NCBI RefSeq assembly: GCF_023055435.1
Contig: NW_025964372.1
Span: 8,060,001 to 8,124,000 of the forward strand
Length of the DNA stretch: 64,000 nucleotides
From: Haliotis rufescens
Lineage: Eukaryota
Direction: 5' to 3'
Part shown: in pieces, positions 12,895 through 25,702 of the stretch
Layout: each line of letters begins with the position of its first letter
Position numbering within the stretch: the first letter of the stretch is position 1
Position numbers and translations under genes: made by a program
Notes under the pieces: model-generated
Databases searched by the model: none
What the model saw: the letters and a program-made list of their open reading frames with translations, nothing else
Told to the model about the DNA's origin: nothing

Positions 12895-15169
12895 ATGGAT
12901 GTAAACAAACCTCGTGTATCGATATACACTGTCATGCTTGATAACGATAAGCTTACCTCGTGTATCGATACATTGTTCTCATTCACCTCCACCACGGAAA
13001 TGCCAGCCGAAGTTCCTCTCAGCCATCCACAAAGCGGAAGTCAACAGTATTTTGAAAGGCGATTGTCATTGCCAGGTACGTAGCAGGGCTTCGAGACCTT
13101 ATGATTTCTGTGCAGAGACCTTATGGAACGGATTGATTTAGATATTTTCCTGCTCTACATACTTTACCGTAAACGCCAAGGGTCCTTTTTTTAGTATTAT
13201 GGTATTATGGTCAACTATTTGTTAGCATAAGGGGCGTAATGGATTTGTGGTCAAAACAAGATGATCCAAATTAGATCCGCTTTTTATAGATAATGAAGAA
13301 AAGTACAAAGATCTAGGAACGATTATTAACTCTAAACTTTCGTGGGATGCTAATACAGACTATAATTTACAATAATGGCCACCAAAGACTTTACTTTTTT
13401 TACACTTAAGATATTTTTATAATATACACTGTTATGCCCTTGTTTTGTATAAGCTTCATAACTTAATAATTCAATATTTCATGGAATGACTCTGACCTTG
13501 GCGAGGATCTTTTTTGCAACAAGTGATTCCCTATGTAAAGTGTATGTTGAATGACCCTGGCTTTGTTGTCAAATAATTGTTTGACAGTTGTTACATATGG
13601 GGTTATGTTTTATCTTTGAATGCTTGGGATGAAATATTTTAATAAGGACAGTTCTATGTTGGAAACTCAACTGGGGCCTTTTCAATTGAATTCAATGTAC
13701 AGCATATACAGTTTGGACATTTCTGTAATGTGAATGCCACTTATGTTTGCAGAATGTCTGGATGAATGAATGAGTCAGTCATCTGCACAGCATCAATGGA
13801 AAAAGGGAAGCAATGAGGAACAAGAGAAGAGTAGCAGTGAGTGGTAAATATTTGAAATTATTCTGTTTGGTTCATCATGTTCATGTAGCTATTCTGCAAA
13901 TATTTCTTCAGTTTGCTTGTTCTTTATCACCTGTTGGCATGGATGGCCTAATTATCAAAGGCACCACAACTTGCTGTGCATAGTTGCATCTCTTGGGCTT
14001 GACAGAAACCGATGGTCGTGGGTTTGAATCGAGGGTAGCATCATACACTTGCTTGTGGGTTTCATCAAAGTGGTAAACATGTAAGACCTGCATCACTTCA
14101 GGCTTTCTTCCCACATCAAGCTTACATGCCGTGATATAACTGGAATACTGTTCAAAGAGGCGTTTAACCCAATTCACTCATTTAACACCACATCCAGCAA
14201 TAGTTCGGCTAAATGACAAGGATTATAAATAATCAAATCTCAAATCTCAACTAGACAAACCAGTGATTAATGTTATGAGCTCGATCCAGACGCACCGATG
14301 ATGACTGTTATGGACAACATCCCACGTTATTGGGTACGATTACGAGCAATCAATGAGCCCACTTGCTACCTCATCTATTACTTTGGCTTGTATGGCAAGC
14401 ATAGGTTGCTAGGAACATTTTTAAGAGATGTCAGTTAATGATTGTTTCAACTCATCAGCATGGAACAATATATATCTCAAATGTTTGGTATATAACAAAA
14501 CTCAAAGATGATAAATTAAGTGAATTTGCTGCCTTTTATCTGTAAGTACATGTTGCAACAATTCTTTTCTATTGCTACAATCTTTATACATAATTTTGCA
14601 GAAACTGAAGTCCAGCTTGAGATACCCGGATGACAGGTTGACAGTCTGGAAGGACCCTTCCAGATATCCGAAGGGATTGGCAGACAGCGATGAGGAGAGT
14701 CCTGTTATTTCAATGGGAGCCTACCGAGAAGTTATTTGCCAATTGACACTGGGACACACTCACAAAGGCTGGTCTGGCTAATGTGAGAAGACCAACCAAT
14801 GCCAAGTCGGAGTGGGACCCTTCAAGGACGTTGAAGAAATTATTGTCTTTGGCCATGTGGTAATCACTTGAAAGGAATGATGTTTGCGACTACTTGTCTA
14901 TAAATGTGGACCCAAACACCAAATAGAATGTTCACAATTCTACTAACACAATGCAACAGGGATGGAGCCCATCTGGCCTCCCCTCATCCTGGTTCCTGTT
15001 TTTCCATGGCAATATAGAAGGAAAAAGATGTTTGAGGGCAAGTAACTCTGAACTGGTGAGCATGGTCTGCTGATGCTTTCAAGCGAACAGTTATCCCGCT
15101 CTGTTATGAGAATTGAAGAATAGGAGCATCAGGAACCATTATGTGAACACTGTTCAATGTGTGATATAG
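12895..15169 (+). pseudogene. Decayed 3-exon cargo gene of the CMC element (~260 aa reconstructed, family unknown). Exons 12895-13075, 13753-13836, 14602-15169
   Basis: Phase-0 GT-AG junctions, AATAAA at 15177-15182. Frame is restored by removing a 46-nt insertion bounded by a 16-nt duplication and allowing one more frameshift. The five internal stops can all arise by single C>T changes. Confidence 0.6.
13990..14420. mobile_element. Two degenerate SINEs, tail to tail, in intron 2 of the cargo gene
   Basis: + copy with GGTTTGAATC B box and ...cactca tail (same family as 28160-28400 and 45362-45644). The - copy resembles the 8884/42570 SINE. Confidence 0.55.
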
Positions 15170-15430
15170 GCATATAAATAAAAGAAATTGATAATTTGTT
15201 TGTTGTTTATGTTTCTTTAGCCAGCTGTGCAAATGGGGATTTTCCAATATTTTGCCTCAGTTTGATAGCCACAGTTATCGTATGAAACCATGCATTGCTT
15301 GGACATCTTTGGAATAACACATTGATCTGCTATGTCAAAGGTCAATGTCATAGCCAGACAAACAAATTGTTAATGGCCAAACTCTTCCTTAGGGCAGGGA
15401 TAGAAGTTGGCAACAGGTCATACACTTACT

Positions 15431-16061
15431 TTTTATCCCCCCCCCGGCATATAATACGGGGGGATATAGCGATCATCTGTCTGTCCGTCCGAAATCATTT
15501 CCTTTTCCGGGGCAGGATTCCCAAACCATTCAGTGTATTTGATCGAAACTTGGCAAATCTATCCGGCACATACTGAAGTGGTGCCTTTTGATATTTTGGG
15601 ATTTTTCTAATTTTTATTTTTTTAAATTTTATGGAATGAAGTTGGACATAGACTTAATTGACGATGGGGTTCGTTTCCGGGGCAGAATTCGAAAACTATT
15701 CAGTGTATTTGATCGAAACTTGCCAAAGGTATCAGGCACATACTGAAGTGGTGCCTTTTGATATTGTGGGATTTTTCTAATTTTTATTTTTTATTTTTTT
15801 TATGGAATGAAGTTGGACATAGACTCAATTGGGGATGAGGTTCGTTTCTGGGACAGAATTAAAAAAAAACATTCAATGTATTTGATCAAAACTTGGCATT
15901 CATATGGATGCGACCATGGTGGATCTTTTGTAGGTAAACAATGTATGATTCTTAAAGAACTTTAAACTTTTGACTCATTACATACAGAATTGCACATTTA
16001 CTAGTGGTTACTTTACAGACAGCTGCCGGGGGGATATGTCATCTTTCTGATGACTCTTGTT
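15431..16061 (+). mobile_element. Helentron-associated interspersed element (HINE/DINE-1/pearl-like)
   Basis: T-rich start, subTIR TATCCCCC..CCGGCA and its inverse TGCCGGGGGGATA near the 3' end, GTCY microsatellite, ~2.4 tandem ~170-bp cores, 3' hairpin GTCATC-tttct-GATGAC, end CTCTTGTT. Confidence 0.75.
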
Positions 16062-16359
16062 CTCTAATTTGCCTTTTCCTGCAGAAGTCTAAATAACTCT
16101 TATACATATAGTTGTATATCATTGTCATATGTTTGTCAATATTACACTGAATGAAGCACTTAACAATTGTTTTTGAAATAGTCGCAACTGATATTGAAGG
16201 TCAAATTAGCTTTCAATGTCTTTCAGTAAAAATGTTCACAGTAACTGAGGAACAGCTCTCGGTAGTGTGATGAAATCTGGTACATGTCACCCTCAGAGTG
16301 AGGCATATTGTGTTTCAAACTTAAATGAAGCTGGTATGCTCATAACAAGTACTTGTACC

Positions 16360-17098
16360 TTTACAAATAATCATATTATCATCTCACTAGGACCAAAGGC
16401 CCAAGTGAGCACACAGTCGATGAGTTGATACTTTCACTCAGAACAATCCGGAAGTCTGAACATGAAATTTAAGGATATCATCATACATGTATTAGAACTG
16501 ATGTTTGTTCATTAAACATCTTAACATCTAAAAAGAATTATAGATGAAATTGATAAAAATGTCTTCTCCAAAAGTACATGCCCATAGATCTCAACTTTAA
16601 GGGGATATTTACAACTAAAATGACACAGAATATTACTACAGCTATCTGATATGCCCAGGCTAACATTATTTACCAGAAATAAGACATCTCGAAAAATTGC
16701 ATCCGGATACCTGCCGGATACCTGCCGGATACCTTCAGCAATGTTCAATTTTCATGGTTAGTTTCCAATATATATTTAGGTGTTTCACACTTAATTGAAC
16801 AAAATGCACCCCCCAAATTGTGACATGTTTATGGAAACTCAGAATGAGGTATCCGGTGCCGGATTTTTGGTATCTGTGCCGGATCCTTGGACACCCAGAT
16901 TGAGGTATCCGGTGAGGTATCCGTGCCGGATACCCGGATTCCAGGTGGCATACTTTCAGGTGAGGTTTCCATGCCGGATACCACGGATCTGGTATCCGGC
17001 AAGGTATCTGCCACCGGATACCCGGACGCGTTTTGGGTAAGTGTCCGGAGGTATCCGGCAGGTATCCGGATACCGGAAACTGCATTTTTTTTGCTGTG
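16360..17098 (-). repeat. Right long TIR
   Basis: Inverted copy of 9700-10520; mirrored spurious ORFs such as MNIAEGIRQVSGRYPDAI occur on opposite strands. Confidence 0.9.
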
Positions 17099-17575
17099 TT
17101 ATGACATAAATTACATTCATACACTCAAATCACACAAGTATATCTACACTAAAATAATGTTTACATTATACATGCTGTACTAAAACAAATATTACATCCT
17201 ACATAATGTTTATAATCTAGTATTAAAACTAACCTTTGGAGATTTATAGTGAAGATGAAGCCGTGAAAGTCCTTGGCACAATACGTGTCAAAATATGAGT
17301 CTCATGTCGTGACTGTCCAGAGAGAGCTGTATATAGTAGACTGACTTAGTGCCTGTGTTAGTATAGAAGCTTGCCCTCTAAAAGCAAGACAAAAGAATAA
17401 TCTGAAAAGAATTGCCCCTGACAATAAACAAAAGAACTTACCAGCCCAAGTTCAGCTTGGAGCAATCAGGTTGGAAACTTGTACCGTACATGATCTAATA
17501 AAATACACCAATTACACTGTCTAAAACCAATACCATATATATATACAGATAAATTATAGAAATGACATTGCCACA

Positions 17576-17590
17576 CACTTCCCCCCTTCG
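17576..17590 (-). promoter_or_regulatory. Polypurine tract of Gypsy (also ~61653-61667)
   Basis: CGAAGGGGGGAAGTG directly before the TG of the 3' LTR on the minus strand. Confidence 0.85.
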
Positions 17591-17683
17591 ACAAATGACG
17601 TCCTCGTCATCATAGCTTTCCTGTTACCAGATTCACAAGAGCTTCTGATGCCTGGTCACATCTGCTTGCTACGACTCCTGTGG

Positions 17684-20600
17684 CTATGAACGAACTAAGG
17701 TAATCTGCTCTTGATTTCCAGTCTGGCTTTGGTGTTGTGTCGTCGCCATCACATACTTCCCACTCGTCTGCCAGTGCGGTTTCATCCTTTCTCTCTGTGA
17801 CCTCCTAAGTTGTGGGGTAGGTAGCATCCTCCTCCTAGGTGTGTCGTCAGGTGTGGTCACTGTTGGTGGTGGTTCAGGAGTGTCTGCTTCAGTCTGCACA
17901 TCCTCTTGTGCAGAAGCATCTACATCCTCCAGCAACAAGTCGACAGGTGGTATGGGCGGTCCAGGAGCTTCGGCTTCAATCTGCACATCCTCTTGTACAG
18001 AAAAGAATCGACTTCTTCTTGCAACAAGTCGACAGGTAGTATGGGCGGTCCAGGAGCTTCGGTTTCAATCTGCACATTCTCCTGTGCAGAAACCACGACA
18101 TCACCTGGAGTACCCACAGTCACATCCACGTCATCTCTGGCTCTCTGTAGGTCATCTAACCTGTGATCCTCAATCAGAGCGACGTCTGTAACAACTTCAG
18201 TTTCACCCTCAGGTGGCCCATCAGCTGGTACACCAGCTGAAACTGAGGGTTCTGATGAGGTCACGGGCCCAATACAAATATCATCATCTGAATCTTCCTC
18301 TTGATCCTGGCACAAGTTCTCCGTAACATCCTGAGTTGATAATCCGGATGGAGCACTTGATGTCTTGTATTTCTGATAGGGTCTTTCAGTAGGGACAGGT
18401 GCCTTTTGAACTGGTAGTGGCAGACATCCTATGGGGAGCAGTAGATTCCTGTGGAGAGTCCTCCGTTTCCCATCATCTCTTTCCTTTCTTACCACAAACA
18501 CAGGTATCGCAGGATCAGGCTGTTTGAGAATTACGTAAACATTCTCCTCCCATTTATCTGCGATCTTGTGTTTCCCATCAAAAGCGACGATCTTTACAAG
18601 CACTCTGTCTCCAACGTCCAACATGGCAGCTCTAGCTTTGGCGTCATAGTTAGTCTTCTGTCTTGTTTGGGATTTGTCAGCAGCTTCAGCAGCAAGTTCG
18701 TACGCATGTTTCAGTCGGTCTCTCAGGGACTTAGTATATTCCGACAGGGACTTGGCCTTGCTTGGGTCGATCTCCAGTCCAAAAGCTAGGTCAACAGGAA
18801 GTCTTGGATGTCTACCGTACATGAGGAAGAATGGTGAGTATCCAGTCGTCTCATGTCTTGTAGAGTTGTATGCATGTACAAGAGGACCTACATGGCTCTT
18901 CCAGTCCTTCTTCCCAATAGCATCCAAGGTTCCAAGCATATTAAGTAGAGTCCTGTTGAAACGTTCACATTGACCCTTACCCATAGCATGGTAAGGAGTA
19001 GTTCTCGACTTGTCGATCTGTGTGAGACTGCACAACTCCTTCATAAGCTTTCCCTAAAAGTTCGCTCCTTGGTCCGAGTTGATCCTCTTAGGTAGTCCAT
19101 AGTTAACCACAAAGTTCTTGAAGAATACTTCGGCTGTTGTCCGAGCAATCATATTCTTAGTGGGATAAGACTGGGCGTAGCGGGTGAAATAATCTGTGAT
19201 AACTAGTATACACTATTGTCCTCCCTTGCATGGTTCCAATGTCAGAAAATCCATACAGACTAACTCCAAGGGCTGGGTGGTCTTGATACTTACTAAAGGT
19301 GCTTTCACTGTTGTGCCGCTCTTCCTCCTAATGCATCTTTCACACTGGCTGACATAGTTCTCTATGTCCTTAGTCATTTCAGGCCAGAAGAAGCGATCCC
19401 GATTAAGAGAATTAGTTCTATCACATCCGGGATGTCCAACTTTGTCATGGAGGCAGCGCAGGACTGATTGGCGACATCTACTTGGCAGAACAAGTTGCTC
19501 GCAGGTTTCACCATCCACTGATATAACTCGGTAAAGGACTCCTCTTTGATGTTTGAAGCTTGAAATGTTCTTATTGAGACCACTCATCTCAGGATCTGCT
19601 CGACAATCACTTGGTCTTGGCTTAGTTCCATTCCTCAGATGGGCCATAACAGTATCCAAGGCTGGGTCTCTGGCTTGGGCTCTTCTCCAGTCTCGGGCAT
19701 TGGCATCACACTTCTCATCACTTATTTCTACTTCCTGCTCCTGAATAATGGCTGATGAAACAGATACACCCTCCACGAGACTAAGGGTAGATGTCATGTT
19801 GCAGATAGCATTGATGGAATGTGATGAAATCTGTCTCATAGTCGACTGATCCTCGGGTGTTGGAAGTCGTGACAACGCATCAGCATCAGCATTGTACTTC
19901 CCAGGCTGGTATGATATCGTGAAGTTATAGGCTGAGAGTGCTGCCAACCATCTATGCCCTGTTGCGTCCAACTTCGCACTGGTGAGCACATATGTCAGAG
20001 GATTGTTGTCTGTTAGCACTGTGAAGTCATGTCCGTAAAGATAGTCATGAAACTTTTCCGTGACGGCCCATTTCAAACACAAAAATTCCAATTTGTGAGC
20101 AGAGTAATTTCTTTCAGACTTGTTTAGGCTCCTACTGGCATATGCAATAACTTGCTGATGTCCTTCATGCGTCTGATATAACACGGCACCAAGACCTCGT
20201 GTGCTGGCATCTGTATGCAATTCGAAAGGCTGGGAACAGTTTGCATATCCTAGAACAGGTGGTGATGTTAATCTGTTCTTCAAGTCCCTGAAAGCCTTTT
20301 CCTGGTTGGGTCCCCAAATCCACTGTACAGTCATCTGATCCTGTCGTGATCGATGTTTCTTGCCTTTCGTCTTAGGCATCAGCTCTGAGAGGGGTTTCAC
20401 AATCTTGGAGAAGTCCTGTACAAATTTTCTATAATATCCGGCGAAGCCAAGGAACTTTCTAACTTCTTCAGAACTTGTCGGTGTAGGCCAGTCTCTAATC
20501 TTGTTGATCTTCTCCGGGTCTGCTTCGATTCCATTTTTAGAAACGATGTAACCAACATACTTGACTTTATTCTTGAAGAACTTGCATTTCTTGGGTGACA

Positions 20601-22106
20601 ATTTCAAGCCGCATTCCCTGAGACGTTGAAACACAAGCTCCAGGCGTTCAAGATGTTCTTCATAGGTCTTGGAGAAGATTATGAGGTCGTCAATATAAAC
20701 AAGACATATCTTGAGATGTAATCCTGACAGGCAGTTTTCCATCAATCTCTGGTAGGTGGCTGGCACATTACATAAGCCGAACGGCATTCGATTAAACTCA
20801 TAAAAACCTAGTGGTCCAACGGTGAATGCTGTTCGTTGTTTGTGTTCTTCTTTGAGTTCAACTTGATGGTAACCGGACTTCATGTCAAGGACAGAGAAAT
20901 ATTTCATGCCGCCGAGACAATCCAACATCTCTTCAACTCGAGGAAGCGCATACGAGTCCTTCAATGAACGATTATTCAGCTGGCGATAATCCACCACATC
21001 CTTAGTTTTCCATCAGACTTGCGCACAAGAACAACGTTGGATGACCATGGGCTATGTGATTCACTTATCACTCCAGATGACAACAGTTGTTGAAGGTGGC
21101 TATGAACTTCATACATGGCAGGAGGTATTCTTCTATGGCGTTGCTTAAATGGAATGTCGTTGGTCAAGTGGATGCGATGTCTTACAGCAGAACTGTGTCC
21201 CAAGTCATCATCTCCCTTGGAAAAATATGTCCTTGAACTTGAGGATGACTCCAAGTCCTAAGTCCAGTTCCTCTTGAGATATGCTCTTCTGCTCTATATC
21301 AACTTGTTCAAGCAAGCGCTTCTCATCTTCTGACTCCAATGGCATCAGTCCTTTAAACATGATGGGTTGAAGCTCGCATAGCAGTGCTCTTGGTCGTACA
21401 ACAACTGTCTGGGTAGTGACGTTGGCTACGTGCACATAAACTTCGCTAGGGTGCTCAAAGTTGAAGTCTACGATGGAGGGAGCAATGTCAAGGTCACTTG
21501 GAATCGCAGCGTTGTCAGTCGGTTGGATCAGTGCACATACTTTAGGAAAGTTCACATTCTTCACTACATTGCCTCTGATGACTACTTGACTGTTGGCAAC
21601 ACCATACTGTGGAAAGCCAAGTACCAGGGTGTATGCAGTGCAGCCTTCTGTAGAAACTGGACACAATGTGTGTTCTTGCATCCTTCCAGTAGGTGGCATA
21701 AGATGTTGGTCCCAAGTAACGCAGGCACTTTAGAATTAAACTGGGTGTCTGTCGATACAAGAAACAAACAAGAAACCAGTTTGGCTGATGCTATCCCAGA
21801 TGTTTCCAACTTGACATCCACATATCCTGTATAAGGTAGCGACTCTCCTCCAGCACATTCGATGTTCAAAATGTTATCAAGTAGCTCCAAAGGTACATGC
21901 TTTAAGTAGGAATCATAGAAGGTCTGTGATAATATAGACACTGTAGCTCCTGTGTCTAGAAGTGCTCTTGCCTTTACCCCTTCAATATGAATGTCCACTT
22001 CATTAACGTTACCCACAAGTCCATCGGGGATTCCTTTTTCCCTATCTCTGGGGCGCTTGTAAAAACCTACAGGCGGCCCCTGCCCATAGGCCTGCGCGAG
22101 TTTAAA
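17684..22106 (-). pseudogene. pol: Gypsy pol (protease-RT-RNase H-integrase), disrupted by frameshifts and stops
   Basis: LLDTGAT; LDMKSGYHQ, MPFGL, YIDD; LHTDAS, LEFLCLKWAV; H..GHPG..CERC; MDFL, SDQG, QCERFNRTL. Split across ORFs 21582-22118, 21208-21699, 20976-21254, 19213-20997, 17920-19044, 17684-17986. Confidence 0.95.
22100..22106 (-). promoter_or_regulatory. Candidate -1 ribosomal frameshift heptamer TTTAAAC at the gag/pol junction
   Basis: X XXY YYZ slippery site just after the zinc knuckle, followed by GC-rich sequence. Confidence 0.6.
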
Positions 22107-23151
22107 GCACTTCCACATCTAGAATGGTCCAGTCTAACTGTGCATGTGTGTTGAGTATGTCCAGCCAGTCCACATCTCCAACAGGTGGGCCCCATTACCC
22201 TCTGTGGTCTGTACTCCATGTCTTGAGCTTGTCCATATGAGGCTTGGCAACCACCTGATCCTTCATTCCATGGTGGCCTATAGGAATCGTAGCTAGCGTG
22301 GCCTTGATCCTCTCTCGACTGCTGTCTGTTTCAGTTAGGGGGTCCACTTGATGGCATTGACCTCTGATCCGGGGCAGGATAAGGAAACTCTTGCTCTGTT
22401 GCACTTGTTAATCTCATCCCAGCAACTTCAGAAGTAAGCTTGTTGATCATAGCTTTCATTTCCTTAATCTCCTTCTTCCACCCAGGCTCCTGTGCAGTGG
22501 CACTCTTTGCTGTTCCTGGTGTCTTTGTCTTAGCAGATGGGACTGTGCTCAACTGATCTCTATCTCCCGGAGAGCTTCTAACAGGTCATCAAAGTTATTG
22601 ATGGTATCAAACTTGTGTCCTGAGATGTTCTTGAGGTCTGACTTGAGTCCTGTCCAAAGCATACTCCTAAGCATCTCATCAGAATCCTCATTGCTGGTCG
22701 GCTTATCCTTTAGGGCACGGGAAAGAAGTTCCTCCAAACGACAAGCCCACTGTGACACATCCTCCTCTTCCTTCTGTCTAGCGCTATAAAACTGTGCCAT
22801 CCTTAATTCCCTCCCCTCGACTACTCCAAAAACAATACTGAGCTTCCTTAGCAGGGATGAAATACTGGTCCCAGGCCTCATGTTGACGGCGATCGTAGCA
22901 GCCTCTCCCTTCAAGGAATCCTTGATTGCCTGTTCCTTAATATCCTGTGTATAAGATGAAGATTCCAAAAGCCCATCAACACGATACCTCCAGACGTCAT
23001 AAGGTGTTTCCTTCCCAGTCCTGTCTCCACTGAATGGGGGAATTCTAGGAAACCTATGATGATTCATAGCACTAGCCTGAGCTCCATTTCCTGTGTCAGA
23101 AGAGTTTGATTTCTGTTCCACAACTGGTTTAACCTCAGTCTTAACTGACAA
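22100..23151 (-). pseudogene. gag: Gypsy gag (PNMA-like capsid, CCHC knuckle), frameshifted
   Basis: PFSGD..ETPYDVWRY..SLKGEAA..QKEEEDVSQWACRLEELL; knuckle CWRCGLAGHTQHTC at ~22142-22183. True start codon not located. Confidence 0.85.
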
Positions 23152-24525
23152 TACATCCTGTAGCCAAGATTGGAAATCCTCAGGAGAATTAGCCTTGGGT
23201 TTCTCCTTTCCACGCTTAAATGCTTCCAGAATATTGTCAATTTCCGTCTGAGAAAACTCAATGATTTACCGAAGAGTGAGCACAGAATATAATAATCAAA
23301 GAATTCCAAAATCACAAACTCATACAATGCAAGTAGAACTCACAAATTCCAAGAAATCGCACAAGATGTCAAGAAACCAAGCAACCCCACCTGATCAAAC
23401 CTAGTCCAAGTTCAAACTACAACACACAAACAATACCAAACCAATGAAAAGAGTCCAGTACTCCCACTCAGTGAGGGTGATACATCTCACTGAGGATCAA
23501 TGACAAACACAAACTGTTCCATAATGAACTTCACAATATAACAGAACACTTCAGATTTATAAACTCATCTGCTGAAAATTGAAAAACAAATATGGTCAAT
23601 AAAGAACTTCACTTACGAAAGGTTCCACTGAGTAAATAAAAAAAATAGATATATGGTTACATGGTGCAACGTGCATATACTGAGTGCGGCTAAGGTAATC
23701 AGTCAAGTCTGTCAGTCAGAAAGAGAGACAACACAAGCCACTTATACCTACATAATTACAGAAAGTTTAACACCTTATTATAGATAAGCTTAAACCTACT
23801 CACTTTTATTACACAGTCACACAAACTCACTTCAACCAAACACGCATTGCAAGGTAATATAACTAAGTAAAGTAACTAAGGCATGACAGATAGGTAATAT
23901 GGTGATCACCAACTAGTAGGGTACCCTTAATGACAAAGGTAACTAATGTAACTAAAGTAACTAACTAAAGTAACTAAATAAAGTAACTAACAAAACTCTA
24001 AACTAACTAAACTCTAAACATCAATATCTATTTCACAAGTGAAAAACTAATAGCTGCATTCAATCACATCTTAATTATGAACACAACTAAGAAATGGTTA
24101 AGTTTAATTTACAAAACACAAATACTTATAGTTGATGAAATAGTATCACATCTTGTCTAACAATGACAAGATAATCCAATATATCAAATTTAAATTACAT
24201 ATTATCAGACAAATTTAGCACAATATGATTACCTTATGGGTATATAATTTGTGAATTTACAAATACATAAGTAGCAAGTTACACTGCTCCATGACAAATA
24301 CGCAATTAATATATATAAACTGTGATCACATGATCACGAGAAAGATAGAACAAAGCGATCCAAAGACACTGAAAGCTGACGTGCAATGTCAGACGCGTAC
24401 GCGGCCAAGATTACATAGTGTCACAGTAAATTACAAGTAGAGCTCTACTATATACTACTAACACGTATGCGAGTACAGCTGATATCTCACTGATGTGGCA
24501 CCTCACTCTCCTCTTTCGTCAGTTT

Positions 24526-24543
24526 TCCTCACCGGGGGCTCCA
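24526..24543 (-). promoter_or_regulatory. Primer binding site
   Basis: TGGAGCCCCCGGTGAGGA, 3 nt after the 5' LTR; complementary to a tRNA 3' end (most like elongator Met, not confirmed). Confidence 0.85.
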
Positions 24544-24546
24544 TTT

Positions 24547-25702
24547 TGTAGCAGGTTAGGGTGGTGCAAATATCACAGTTAAGACCAACGCCTGCTGGGC
24601 GTGAGTTGCGACCAAAAAGCCACAAGTTTATTTTCCATTCCAATATTCACCATGGAACATAATTGAACAAATAATAAATAAATAATTATACTCATTAAAA
24701 CATTGCACTTATCACCGTTATTTATATAATAATTAAAACGCATTCACATTATATGATGTTTTCCATATTACTTCAACTGTATCAATGCACTTTTATATAC
24801 AAGATGTATATTATACATACATGAAATATAAACGATGAATAACTAAATTATTATGCCTACTGAATGTATGGCACTCAGGTGATAGTAGGCCAAATCACTC
24901 GTCACTCAGATCCATCTATAAATAACATACACATGTCATTCTAACTTTAATATAAATATCATAGAATAATGTACATAGTAATCTACTGCCATATTAATTC
25001 AATCTGAACCTACTACCAACATTATCTCAAATAGAATGTCACAGATAAACCTACATAAATATACACATTACCTATGCTGTAATATGCTCATAATTATACA
25101 CAACACACATTTCTCATGGCAAACAATATGGCGGACACAAATACTTATATCTGTCGCCTTTATCATAAAAACATATTATAGTACATTACATCAGAGAATC
25201 ATAAACATGAATGGTGTGTTTATTATCGTTACTTTACTTATGACATAAATTACATTCATACACTCAAATCACACAAGTATATCTACACTAAAATAATGTT
25301 TACATTTAAATGCTGTACTAAAACAAATATTACATCCTACATAATGTTTATAATCTAGTATTAAAACTAACCTTTGGAGATTTATAGTGAAGATGAAGCC
25401 GTGAAAGTCCTTGGCACAATACGTGTCAAAATATGAGTCTCATGTCGTGACTGTCCAGAGAGAGCTGTATATAGTAGACTGACTCAGTGCTTGTGTTAGT
25501 AAACAAGCTTGCCCTCTAAAAGCAAGACAAAAGAATACTCTCGCCCCTGACAATAAACAAAAGAACTTACCAGCCCAAGTTCAGCTTGGAGCAATCAGGC
25601 TGGAAACTTGTACCGTACATGATCTAATAAAATACACCAATTACACTGTCTAAAACCAATACCATATATATACAGATAAATTATAGAAATGACACTGCCA
25701 CA
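24547..25702 (-). repeat. Gypsy 5' LTR
   Basis: TGTAGCAGG...TGCCACA; differs from the 3' LTR by scattered substitutions and small indels. Confidence 0.95.

Larger units (their letters stand above)
9700..17098. mobile_element. 7.4-kb non-autonomous CMC-type (CACTA/Mirage/Chapaev) DNA transposon
   Basis: Termini CACAGCAAAAAAAATGCAG ... CTGCATTTTTTTTGCTGTG; TTA duplicated (9697-9699, 17099-17101). Empty sites in the LTRs at ~25240 and ~61178. No DDE transposase seen. Confidence 0.92.
9003..25702 (-). mobile_element. Full-length but defective Ty3/Gypsy LTR retrotransposon; 3' LTR interrupted by a DNA transposon
   Basis: TG...CA LTRs of ~1.16 kb (5' LTR 24547-25702; 3' LTR 9003-9699 + 17099-17575). 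4-bp TSD TGAG/TGGG versus the empty site at ~42685. PBS, PPT, and gag-PR-RT-RH-INT order present. Confidence 0.97.

Noticed and set aside
10520-16360. Autonomous transposase in the CMC element
   Set aside because: No long ORF or DDE/Transposase_21-like motifs found on either strand.
21208-21699. dUTPase or env-like extra gene in the Gypsy element
   Set aside because: The beta-rich spacer between protease and RT lacks recognisable dUTPase motifs, and no env ORF lies between integrase and PPT.
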